From assembly GCF_036971445.1 (NCBI RefSeq), contig NC_091475.1:193378001-193442000 (forward strand): a DNA stretch of 64,000 nt, written 5' to 3'. The translations under genes were made by a program, and so were the position numbers. Positions within the stretch are counted from its first letter, which is position 1, and every line of letters starts with the position of its first letter. Shown one piece after another: positions 25,800 through 37,284 of this stretch. The DNA comes from Narcine bancroftii (taxonomy: Eukaryota). The notes below the pieces were generated by a model that worked only from the letters and a program-made list of their open reading frames with translations, did not search any database and was not told the DNA's origin.

Positions 25800-26525
25800 G
25801 AGGAATGCAGAGTTGGTGGAAAAATGGCAGATAATAATGCATTTTGGAAGGTCAACATGAAGGCCACATGGTCGGATTTTTAACAGTGTGAAGAACAAAG
25901 GGACATTGGGGTCCAAATCCATAGCTCTCTCAAAGTTGCCATGCATGTTGATAGGGTAGTTAAGAAGGCTTATAGTATGCTGGCCTTCATTAGTCAAAAT
26001 ATTAAGCTTAAGAGTTGTGAGGTAATGTTGCAGCTCTACAAAATTCTGATTATTGGAATATTGTGTTCAGTTCAAGTTGCTTCATTACAGGAAGGATGTG
26101 GAAACTATGGAGAAGATATAGAGGAGATTTATGAGGATGATGTCTGCACTGGAGAACGTGTCTTATGAACATGGTTTTGGAGCAAAGAAGGGATTTAACA
26201 GAGGTCTTCAAGATTATGAGAGGCAGAGATAGGATGGACATCAAGCAACTTTTTCCCCAAGGCAAGAGTAGCAAACACCAGAGGATAGGTTGAGGGGAGG
26301 AAAGTTTAAGGGAGACGTCAGGGCAATTTTTTTTTTAATACACAGAGAGTGGTGGGTACTTGGAATTCATTGCCAGAGTGGTGGTGGAGGCTGATATAAA
26401 AGGGACATTTAAAAGACTCTGAGACAGGCACATGGATACAAGAAAAATAGAGGGTGATGGATATCAAGTAGTTTGTTGATAGGTTTATATTGATCAGAAC
26501 AACAAAGAGTCTGTGCTGTTCTGTA
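25800..26525 (+). mobile_element. Decayed CR1 LINE 3' fragment
   Basis: HVDRVVKKAYSMLAFI...EVMLQLYK motif and CR1 tail. Confidence 0.8.
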
Positions 26526-27577
26526 ACATTCTGTATTTCAAGGGAAAACCCAATTTTTCAAACTAACCTTGCAACTAAAATTCTTCATCACTGAAACCAA
26601 TTTTTCTGCCACGTTGCTTCTTTCCTTCTCTACCCGATTTGCCCATCAGTTAAGAACATTATAAATAAAAGGATTAAACCCTTCACACAATTTCCATTCC
26701 CTTGTTGGCCACTTTCTGACATTAAGGTTTCTTTTAGTCCAAATAGCCCAATTCTCACAAGTTTATCAAACGTGATTTCATTTTAATAAATTCATATTAC
26801 TCTGCCCAATCCTGGAGTTATTTTTCATGTTCCCCAGTTATTGGTCTCTTAATAATAGAATCTATTTTGCAAGGCTGACTTCAAATTAGCTGGTCTGTAA
26901 TTTTCTTCAATTTACGGTGGGGGATGCAGCACAGTAACCATGAGCCTGTGCTGCCTCAGTACACCAATTAACCAAAAAAACTTGGTACGTTTTTGGAAGG
27001 TGGGAGGAAACCCACACAGATTTGGGGAGACCATGCAAACTCTTTACAAAAAGTGCCAGATTTGAACCTGGGAGACTGGCTCTGTAAGAGCATTCCACTA
27101 ACACCTACACTAAATATGCTGCCCCACTTCTCCACTTTCTCTCTATCTTCTTTCTTTCATTTCTAATCTATGAGAACTGTTCTAGAATCTATTGAACTTT
27201 GGAAAATGACAATGTGCGCATCCGCTAACTCCCTGAGCTGCAAATAATCAGGTGTAAGGGATCTCTCTCAATCCTCCATTACCTTACTGGCTGAAATTAA
27301 TTTTAATACCGTTTCATGACTTCCCACAAGAAACATTCAAATAAACAGCAGAAACGAGAGACTTGTGAGCAGCTTCTGTTATAAGTTGATGTTCACGTAG
27401 GTTACACTATGATTAATTATGCTCAATAATGTCAGTTTCAATTTTTTTCTACTCTTCCAACACAAAAGTTTTGGATTTTTTTTGCAATGAAGTAGTAAAA
27501 TTTATTTTGGAACAAAACTGAAGGATTTTATAATGCTTGAGGAAAAAAAAGGCTTATAAACAAAAGAAAACACTTAC

Positions 27578-27717
27578 GGTTAATGAAGAACAATTGAATA
27601 AAATGCAGTATTACAAGAAGTGGATAGAAAGCATTGAGATGAATATCAAAGGCATAGCCCCATTCCACATCATAGCCTTTACTCAGAGGCTTCATCAAAT
27701 ATCTGTTGGTGATGAGC
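27578..27717 (-). CDS. UNC50: UNC50 coding exon 3
   Basis: cag|G CTC...ATT AAC C|gtaagt = LITNRYLMKPLSKGYDVEWGYAFDIHLNAFYPLLVILHFIQLFFIN. Confidence 0.96.
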
Positions 27718-28659
27718 CTGGAAGAAAATATAGCAATAAATGGATCTTGAGAACTTAGGAACATTTTCGTATGCAGTGAGTCCCAACAGTTGACGAGGGT
27801 AAACAAAGCGGTTGAGAGCAGGAGCAGCTATGTTTTGAGGGACTTTTGATGTTTAACGATCTAATGATTCCAGTACCATCAGCAGATCAAGGTAGGCAAA
27901 ATTAGAAGAATAATAAATGAGAGATTAAAACATTTACAAAATGGGGCATGGATCAACGTGAGGAAGTGAAGGCCAATTATGGATCTTAAGCCAAGAAATC
28001 AAGGGACTGATGGATAAGGAACTAACAGCAGCTGGCATAGTTATGAGTAAATGAGATAAAGAAAACCAATACATAGGGGAGGAATATTTATTTATTTACG
28101 CCAGGTACTTTTTGGGCATATGATTATTCAAGAGGGGGAAGATTGACCTCATATTAAATTCAATAAAACACTTGTGGCATATATTGAAACTAAAAACGTA
28201 AGAAAATACAGGATGTCTAATTAAGAGACTCACAAAGATATTAAAATTTCACTGTTCCCCAAATTGTATGATAAATCGAAGTATGGATAAGCAATTCAAG
28301 ACAGTCGAGGTATGGCTGAGAGACTGGTCTCCAGAATGGTGACTCGGGGAAATTCATCAGACCAGAAACTAAACTTTACATTCAATTGAGATCTCAACTA
28401 TTTGTAATTCTCTCTACCTTCTATCCTGTACTGTTGTTATATTTGCTACTTTTCAATCAATGAGAACTGAAGGAACCAATGGGGGAGCATTCACTGAAGG
28501 AGCCATTGAAAGAAACAATCTTTATCCACAGTACGCTGTCTATTTTAATGCAATCTCAAGAGAAAAACTCATTAATATATAGCATTTAATTGCAATGAAT
28601 ACTAATTTCTGCAGCTGCTGCTCAACCATTTCAAACAAGAAAATGCCAAAGGTATTTAG

Positions 28660-29483
28660 ATAGTACATGCCGTCTCCAGGGTTATGAATGCCAGACTGGT
28701 GGACACCTCTACAAAGGAATGAGCTCCCATAATATCTCGTTCAAAAAAATGTATGCACATCTGCTCATTCCAACAAACGGAATAACTAGCTTCCTCTCTC
28801 ACTCTCTCTCCATTTCAATTCCACACAACATTCCCATATTGACATATCTGTCTACGGACTCAAGCACTGCCAAACCTCAGCTACCCACAAATTGGAGAAA
28901 CACCACCTTGTATTTCTCCAACCAGACAGCATTAACGCTGACTTCTCCAATTTCCGTTAATCCTCTCTCTCCACATTTTAATTCTTTTTACCTATCCATT
29001 TGTCTCCTATAGCTCCCCACCCCCTTCCTCTCTTCTATCAGAGCACTACTTTCTCTACCCTCCTACCTGTATCCACCTAAGAACTCTTATCTCTTGGCCT
29101 GTGCTCCTCCCCCTGTCCCTTCCTCAACACCATTCCCTCCACATTTTTATTCAGACATTCAGACACCTGCATGATTTTGCTTGCACCTAATGAAGAGTCA
29201 GACCTATAATGTTGGTTATCCTATAGATGCTGAGTTACCTGCTGAGTTTCTCCAGTGCGTTTGTATATTGTGTCTCCTCTCTCTTTCCTCCTCTCTAGTT
29301 CTCTCCCCCCACCTGACCCCTGCCCAATTTTAGTAATTGTTCTTATCAAGCTTATGTGCTTTTACTATTACAATTGTGTGGAAGTATAATTACCATTTTG
29401 AGTGATTTTGGGGCTTTTTCCAATTTACAAAAAAATTTCACATATAAAAACAGAACCCATTTGTTACTGGGGATGGCCTGTAG
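28660..29483. mobile_element. Tigger/mariner-like MITE interrupted by a Penelope fragment (~28800-29320)
   Basis: Termini TACATGCCGTCTCCAG / CTGGGGATGGCCTGTA are imperfect reverse complements. The interior has a GIY-YIG remnant (HFNST.HSH.DISVYGL.HCQ) and a PLE terminus. Confidence 0.55.
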
Positions 29484-29656
29484 TATTTACACTTAATATT
29501 AAGCCACTAGTTCATTCAGGTTATAGAGCCCAGTTGAAAGACTTACCATAAATGTAAACATGGAATGGCAGAGTTAAATGCTAGGACCTTGGTTCTCGTA
29601 CACCTGGAACTTCCAAACCACCCTTAGAATTAACATCAACTGTTTTCAAAACTTAC

Positions 29657-29777
29657 CACATTAATGTTGCGATCAGAAGTCCAACTCCAATGCAGTCAAT
29701 GAATACAACCCATAGTAACAGCTTTAATGTTTCAAAAAATCCCATTGCTAATATAAATCCAAAACCAATGGTAGAAA
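29657..29777 (-). CDS. UNC50: UNC50 coding exon 2
   Basis: cag|TT TCT...ATG TG|gtaagt = (V)STIGFGFILAMGFFETLKLLLWVVFIDCIGVGLLIATLM(W). Confidence 0.96.
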
Positions 29778-31120
29778 CTGCAAAGAAAAAATCATGCTCA
29801 TGTTGAATTCTTCCAGATCTTCACTTCTTAATCTAACCATTAAGTTACAAATGACAATTTTAATGGTGTGAAATTCAAAAAGTGAACAAGAAGGTCATCG
29901 GACTTTATGAATGCACAATATGCTGACAGATGGTCAATCATCTTTTATGGTTTGTACCTCACTCTCTCTCTCTCTCTAAATTTAGTTAAATGTTTGTCAA
30001 TCCTTATAGATTCTACCCGACTTGCATCAATTTTATCCCACAAAAGGACTTTAACTTAGGATTTCCTCCAGCTTTCACATTCTTACTCCCAATTCAGCTC
30101 CATTCTACGTAATCAAGCCTGTGTTTAGGTTATTTCTATTTCCATCCGTGTTGTTCTCCCGGTTCAATGGTTTTCTTCACCGCTTCCACTGTGTAATCTA
30201 TGCTCACAGTTGATCCCCTCCATCTTGCCCTGCACAAGATCCACTTGTATTGTCTCAAACACAAATGGGATCATTCCTTTTGTATCATTCTCCATCCACA
30301 TCCCTCTCTTCCTCCTCAACATATGTTTCTCCTAATCTAAGGGCTCCATCATTGGCTACTTCTGCACCATCTAGCTCCCAATTCACAAACCATGCTGTTT
30401 CTTCAATTTCTTTGAATTGATTTTTTTTTAAATAAAGAGTGACATGATTCTGATGCAGATTCATTTCAGACAACTCATTACAAAAATCAAAGTCAGGTTG
30501 TTATAATAGTTCCAAGTCAGTAAATAAGAGACCTGGTGTTTAAGTCGTTTTTGTCATTGTCACAGCCTAATCCTAGAAATTAGAGCCATGTAAGGGCTGT
30601 GTAATAATTTCACAGGAATGGTACCAAGGAAGAAGTAATATGGATGTGATTACACTTGAGAAAAGCGTTAAATTTACTGCCACAGAAAATCACAATAAGG
30701 GACCTAACCATATACAATTTTTTAGTGATTTAAAAAAACAGGCCTTTCCAGCCCATGAGCCCAAATACTCCAATTAACCTACCATCCCATACATTTTGGA
30801 GGGTGAGAGTAAACTGGAGCACCAAGAGGAAACCCATGCAGGCATGGGGAGAACATATCAACAGCACCAGAACTGAACCAGCTACACGAACTGAACTTCA
30901 GGAAATGAGCACATTGCTCAAACACAAATGGGAGTTAAGCTTCTGAAGTGGGAAATGGAATTAGAATGGGAGAATAATCCTAATTTGCACTCATTTCATT
31001 GACACAGCTACAGAAATTTTCAAAAAAAATTGTAAGATTTTTATCATCAATAAAAATGTTTAAACTTAAGTTTAGAAATAAATCATCCTTGTATAACCAA
31101 GCAATTAGCATGCTTTACAT

Positions 31121-31297
31121 CAGGGGTGGCCAACCTTTTAATTTAGACATAGAGCACGGTAACAGGCCATTTCAGTCCACGAGTACGTACCAGGGGTGTA
31201 GGATAATTGGGCGGCACGGACTCGTGGGCCGAAATGGCCTGTTACTGTGCTTTATGTTTAAATTATAAATTAAAAATTAAAAGGTTTGCCACCCCTG
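31121..31297. mobile_element. hAT MITE with 8-bp TSD
   Basis: TIR CAGGGGTGGCCAACCTTTTAATT / AATTAAAAGGTTTGCCACCCCTG. TSD CTTTACAT at 31113-31120 and 31298-31305. Confidence 0.9.
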
Positions 31298-31368
31298 CTT
31301 TACATCACCACTCGCGTCCAATAATTGGGCTTCTTGGAATGGAAACTTTTTTCCAGAAGGATACTTAC

Positions 31369-31642
31369 CACATAACCAGATACTAAGCAAAACAAGGAAG
31401 GCTGGGTCATCTCTGGCCCACTGGTCTTTGGTCTGTTTTCTGTAATGAAAGTTTCTGTATACCATCTGTGGGGATGTAAAAAGGTACAACATTTGCCACA
31501 TAGCAAATTCAAAATCCATTTGTTTAACACGAAAAAGGCGCCTGAGATACTTGTACCGCTTGGCTCCAGCTGTATGTCGAGCAGAATCCCGAGAATTTAG
31601 GGCACCATTCTCTTGACTACTATTTGCTGTTGTTGGTAACAT
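31369..31642 (-). CDS. UNC50: UNC50 first coding exon (Golgi/inner nuclear membrane protein unc-50 homolog)
   Basis: cag|ctaaaATG; MLPTTANSSQENGALNSRDSARHTAGAKRYKYLRRLF...QWARDDPAFLVLLSIWLC G|gtaagt. The five exons total 774 nt = 257 aa + stop with consistent phases. Confidence 0.97.
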
Positions 31643-31849
31643 TTTAGCTGCCAAAATAAAAGTGGATAAAGATTTCTTTTAAAAAAAATCCATCTTATAA
31701 CTGTATCTATCATCTCTGTGCAGTATACACAAACACACACACACTCAAAAGTGGGTGAGGGGCACCATGGGAAGCTGCAAAGGAAATTGCATGTGCCCTG
31801 GCTGAGATCTACAAGTCATTATTAAGTACCTCTTGCACAAATTATTCGT

Positions 31850-34800
31850 ACGGACTAGCAATTGAAAGGTTTTGTGGTAAATCAAACCAAGCATAAGATT
31901 AATTTATTTGCAGATGATGTGTTGGTATATTTAACCAACAATTATCACTACCGTGACTTTATAAACAATTGCTAGATTATGGAAGAGTTTCAGGTTATAA
32001 AATAAATTGGGATAAGAGTGAGGTAATGGAATTACTAAAGGGTGATTATTCACAATATCAAAAAGATATTCAATTTAAGTGGACTGAAATGGGATTAAAT
32101 ATTTAGGAATTAGTATAGATAATAATTTGAAAGATTTATATAAATTAAATTATATTCTGTTATTCAAGAAAATAAACAAAGATTTTTTAAAAATGGACAC
32201 ATTTACCTAAAACTTTAATTGGAAAAATTAATTGTATTAAAATGAATATTTTTCCAAGAATTCAATATTTGTTTCAGACTTTTCCAATCTCTGTACCTCA
32301 ATTTTTTTCTTCAGGATTTAAATAAACAAGTTAGGAAATTTCTTTGGAAAGGTAAGACAGCAAGAATATCATTAGAAAAAATAACATGGAAATATGAATT
32401 AAGTGGACTACAGCTTCCTAATTTTAAGAATTATTATAAAGCAGCACAATTAAGGTTTCAAGTTTCTTTATTTGGAATATTAAACAATCATGGGTGGAAA
32501 TTGAGTTAAATAAGATTGGAGAAAATATACCTGAAGAATTTATTTATAAATAGGAACCAAGATTAATGGTTACTGACAGAAATGCTCCATTATTGAAACA
32601 TTTCATTAAATGTTTGGAATAAGGTTAAGTTAGAAAATAATGGAAGTCTTTTGTTGTTAAAAACGCCATTAATTAATCCTATAATATTTTTTTTCAAAAG
32701 ATAATCCTTTTTTTAAATATTTGTTATATTAAAGGAATTTTAAAATTGGGCATTGTTATGAAAATGGTAGATTGATGAAATATGATCAGTTAAAAATTAA
32801 GTACAATATTCCACATAATATTTTGATATTTTCAATTAAGAGCTTATTTAAGAGAGAAATTACGATCAAATATGGTTTTAAAAGATCCTATAGATTTAGA
32901 ACTGTTAGTTGTTGATGGAATAACCATATGATAAAAAAAAGTTTGCTTCAATAGCATATATGATGTTACAAGTAAAAGGACCTAAATTAGGTTTATTTAA
33001 GTCAAGAGAAAGATCAGAACAAGATCAACAAATTTGGTAAGATTTATGTAACGAGGTTATCTCTAATACAATTAATGCAAGATATAGATTACTTCATTAT
33101 AGTTTTTTACATCAGTTATATATTACGACTTAGAAATTGAATAGATGGAAATTGAATACATCGATCAATGTTTTAGATGTGGAGAAGGTTTTGGAACTTT
33201 TATTCATTCTACATGGTCTTGTTCAAAAGTTAAACCTTTTTGGATTTCTATTAGTAAGTTTTTACAACAGGTTACAGGTGTTTTGTTTTCACAATCCTGA
33301 TGATCATTGTGGGTCCTTCCCAACAACATTCCAGGAATCTCTTTGGAAGATGATGCCCCCTCAATGCCGAATGCTCAGCACGGCAGTCCTACACTACATC
33401 CTGCTCAGCAGAGCAGTCCTAAGCAATGTCCGAATGGGGCTCACCAAAGATGAAGTTCAAAGTCAGTACCACCAACCGAGGAGGTACTGGCCAAAAAAGG
33501 CAGAGTCCAGAGAAGTTGCAAAGTTTCCTGACGGATTCTATCTCACCAAGATAATCAAAGTGGGAAAGACGTCCTCCAGTAAGCATGATGTGGCTGCTTA
33601 ACATGTCATACTTAAGATGTAGTGTAATTGTAATTCATACTTTAATCCATGTGTACCACATAGTTATCATACAAGTGCTGCCGATATGCTATTTTCACGA
33701 AGCATTTATTTTGTCAGGGTCCGGGGGGGGGGGGGGAATTTTGTTGTGAACATATGCCTGCATGCGTATGAATTCATTATGTATATATATTGTGTGCTGC
33801 GCGGAACCATTTTAGATTAGTAATAAAGGTTGAATGAAGCACCACATCTCCGTGAGCTAGTGTATTTCTAAACTTAGAATACACAACAAAAGAGAGAGAT
33901 TTAATAGGAAACTGAGGGCTAAAGTTTATTTAAAAATTTAGATAGTGTTGAGTGTACAGAACAGGATGCCGGAGGAGGTGGTTGAGACAGATACTACTGT
34001 AACATTTAATAAAATTTTGGGCAGATACATAGATAGGATGGGTTTAGAGGGATATGGGCCAAATGCAGGCAGCTGAGACGAGTGGGTGGGCAAGTTTGAC
34101 CCCAGGACATGTTTTCATGTTCTATGATTCTATAACTAGGAGCAGAGATTTAAAATTCTGGGCAAAAGGTATAGGATGGGTATATGAAGAACCTGTTTAT
34201 TTTTTAAAATCACGTTAGTTATGATGTGGAATTCAATGCCTGAGGGAATTGGGCAGAAAATTGAGAGAAAGTAATTTGCAGACTTGCATGAAAATTGTAA
34301 GGAAAAGAGATTGGCACAACGATTAGCTGAGAAGTTAGTGAAATGGCTTTGGTATATAAACTGGACAAATTTCAGATGGCGTTTTTGTGATTCGCTTTAG
34401 CAGTAGCAAGGAAATGTACAGCTATTTCATGGAAAGATCAAATGGAGCTTAATTTACAAAGATGGCATTTGGAAATGAGGTCATGCATACCAATGGAGAA
34501 GATAACATAATCTAAGGGATAAATATTAATGTATTTTAAAAGATTTGGAGCCCATATTTGGACCTTTTTAATTTGAAAATTTAAGGCTGGTCTTGAATGC
34601 CGCTGGATGTCCTTATTAGATAGTAAATGAATGATGATAGATATTCTCCTTATCTACTTCTTTTCTTTAGCTATTCTTTATTAGGGGGAAGAGAGGTTAG
34701 AGTTAGGATAGAGGGAGGGGTAATGTTTGGGGGGGAGGGGAGGTTTGGGGGTTTCTTTTAGGATTTTCTGCAGTTCTATTCAGCTTCTTTTTCTGTAATC

Positions 34801-34880
34801 ACGTTTGATTTTGACAACTTGTTAACATTTCAGTTATGTAATTGTGGTTATAATTTTTTTTTCTGATAAAATATTTTTTT
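31850..34880 (+). mobile_element. Decayed L1-clade LINE 3' half, interrupted by LTR-element and CR1 fragments
   Basis: KHKINLFADDVLVYL, YGRVSGYKINWDKSE, INCIKMNIFPRIQYLFQ, WSCSKVKPFW. Resumes at ~34330 (ALAVARKCTAISWK). Confidence 0.85.
33290..33888 (+). mobile_element. 3' end of an LTR retrotransposon: internal remnant, PPT and short 3' LTR (33742-33888)
   Basis: G-run PPT at 33723-33738 just before TGTTGTG...CACAACA (7-bp inverted termini). AATAAA at 33822. Confidence 0.6.
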
Positions 34881-35244
34881 TAAAAATGATTAGCTGAATG
34901 CACCTTTAATTTTTCATTGAATGTGGAATAAATACATCTGCAATGTTCAAAAGGAAAAATAAAGTAATCCTACATTTGACCAGCGAAAGAAATGCCCAGT
35001 TGAATTTCCAGAGTGTTTTTCAGGTAATGACAATTTTAAATTAATAAAGCTAGTTATACGGGAGTAGAATTTAAGCCTTTTAGTGTCATCTACCAATGAA
35101 TTCAAAACATTTTATTAAGTTTTAATACAAAAAACCTTTCAAAAATATTACCCCTTATGAAACTGTGCAAATGTTTAATTTAGATTAAACAGCACAATTT
35201 TTAAAAATCTCCTGAAGGATTTAAGATGATACAGTAGTAACTAG

Positions 35245-36224
35245 TGTTACAAGCCCAAAGGACCCCAAAACCCAGCAGCAATAGACATTCACCAAGACAA
35301 GTAGCTACTTAAACAAAAGTTGTTTTTAATTATCTTTAAATATGAAAACAGAATCAAACTTTAACTTATCTCTATTAACTTAACTAACCTAACTTAACTC
35401 CCTTCTAATTCTAAGCACATGTGTATGTAATGTGTGTGTAAATTTAAGAAAAGTTCTTTGGTTCACAGTTCAATCTCACTTCTTATTCTTCCAAGTTCTC
35501 TGATTGCAGGCAATTCTTATACTATGCACAGAATTTAACGTATAAAGTTCACCAGGCATTAGTGCTCGAAAGGTAAATGTTTACCACTCAGGAAGGTTCT
35601 TTTAGGTTTGCAGAGAGAGTTGTTCCAGGATTTCCACAACTGAGATACCACCATTAGTCACCTCAATGTCTTGCTGATCAAACTTGCCCCATCAGGATCC
35701 TTCAGATGATAACCTCTTTCTTTCAAGCTTGCACAGAGTTCCTTTCTGTTGCATTTATTCCAAGAGAAACATCAGACAGATATCACTTCAGGTCATCCAC
35801 CACTCTGGAGCTTCTGTTTCAGTTCCAACAAGGTGACACTGTTCAGCAGTGTGTCTCTCTCGCTTCGTGTGAGATTCTAAAACTCCCAGCCACATCTCCT
35901 TCTCTCTCTCACTTGCAAAACCCCCTCCTTCTCCCACCTGTTGTTTTAGGGGAACAAACCTCTCATTGACCTTTGAGTGAGCTCTTTGCAAGTAGGTCAC
36001 AGACGACCTGATTGCAGTCCAAGACGATGGTCTATTCCTTTCATGACATCATGTCAACTGGCACCTACCTACTTGGGAAACGTGCACAGCATTCTCCATA
36101 GTTTCTGTAAAGTCGCTGAATATGAATTCTTCAGTATTTCAAATAAGATCTGTTTTAAAATGAGTGCTTGTATGTAACCTGCTCTAATTTTACCAATTTA
36201 TCTCCCCAAAACATTCCCATCACA
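35245..36224 (-). mobile_element. Solo LTR, family A, copy 5 (UNC50 intron 1)
   Basis: TGTTACA...TCACA termini, TSD CTAG (35241-35244 / 36225-36228). Confidence 0.85.
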
Positions 36225-36448
36225 CTAGGAATGGGTGCATTGACAGATGCAACACAGCTGATGCCTCCATTTCCATCCCCACGGCAAAACATCTCAGACG
36301 CAGTCAGCAGTGGAAGAAGACACTGACTAAATCTGATGTCACCCGAGCGATCGCAGCGCTTCCCCTCCGCTCAGCCGAGGCCCACCGTCCTGCAGCCGCC
36401 CGCTGATGATGCAAACTACCCAATCACCTCGGTTCATGACCCTCTTAC

Positions 36449-36540
36449 CTCAGGGGCCGCCTTTCAATCTAACTAATCCAAAGCCCGGGTGGATGGACGC
36501 GAACGGAACACATAAGCTGCAAAGTTCCGCTTCTCCCCTC
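36449..36540 (-). other. UNC50: Probable non-coding exon 1 of UNC50
   Basis: Strong donor GAG|GTAAGA on the minus strand (GT at 36448-36447) at the edge of the CpG island. The first coding exon starts with an acceptor, so an upstream exon is required. TSS is not determinable. Confidence 0.55.
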
Positions 36541-37141
36541 CCTTCAGCCGGAAGGCAGATCCAAAGCCGCGGAAGTCACTTGCGCGCACTGCATTGTGGG
36601 CATCGTCGTTCCATGTCCGGACGCAGCGGGACGCGCCACCCGCGTGAAACTCCATTCACCAGGAGGCTCCGCGGTTGACCGGCCGGCCGTCCCAGAATCC
36701 AGTGCGCATGGGGTTAAAGTGGGTCGGTGCGCTCCTCTCCCTCAGTCCAGCGTAGAAGGAGGGGTCATCGGACGAGGGGGGGGGGACTGGGTGTGTGGTG
36801 GAATCTTCCGGAGAGGCGGCGTGACGGGATGCTGACTTGGCTTCTCCCCTCCCTTCAACCGGAAGGCAGATCCAAAGCCGCGGAAGTCACGCGCGCACTG
36901 CATTGTGGGCATCGTCGTTCCCTGCCCGGACGCAGCGGGAAGCGCCACCCGCGTGAAACTCCATTCACCAGGAGGCTCCGCGGTTGACCGGCCGACCGTC
37001 CCAGAATCCAGTGCGCATGGGGTTGAAGTGGGTCGGTGCGCTCCTCTCCCTCAGACCAGCGTAGAAGGAGGGGTCGTCGGACGAGGTGGGGGGGACTGGG
37101 TGTGTGGTGGATTATTCCGGAGAGGCGGCGTGTCGGGATGC
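36529..37141. repeat. Tandem duplication of ~310 bp (36529-36832 and 36840-37141)
   Basis: Both copies run GCTTCTCCCCTCCCTTCA...CGGGATGC with scattered substitutions and a 2-nt indel. Confidence 0.95.
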
Positions 37142-37239
37142 CGAAATACTATGAAGACAAGGAGGAGGACAGACGGCCCTGCTCCGGGGTGAAGGAGGAC
37201 CTCAGGTCGTGTTTACTGGGACTCGACTGCGTGCTGAAG
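37138..37239 (+). CDS. COA5: COA5 (cytochrome c oxidase assembly factor 5, PET191 family) exon 1
   Basis: MPKYYEDKEEDRRPCSGVKEDLRSCLLGLDCVLK|gtgtgg; human COA5 begins MPKYYEDK. CX9C motif. Head-to-head with UNC50 as in human. Confidence 0.95.
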
Positions 37240-37284
37240 GTGTGGGATACGATGAGAACATTAACGGTCCAGCACGAATTGATC

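Larger units (their letters stand above)
36300..37280. promoter_or_regulatory. Bidirectional CpG-island promoter of UNC50/COA5
   Basis: CpG-rich island between divergent genes. ETS/GABP cores (CCGGAAG, GCGGAAGT), a ZNF143-like site (GCATTGTGGGCATCGTCGTT) and NRF1-like TGCGCATG each occur twice. Confidence 0.8.

Noticed and set aside
31643-31654. N-terminal MAAK extension of UNC50 from the ORF track
   Set aside because: It starts at a TTG inside the intronic polypyrimidine tract; the acceptor CAG is at 31650-31648 and the conserved ATG is at 31642.
36590-36970. snRNA (U1-like) or other Pol III RNA gene pair suggested by the GCATTGTGGG/ZNF143 motifs
   Set aside because: No snRNA body, Sm site or terminator is recognisable. 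The motifs fit a duplicated protein-gene promoter.
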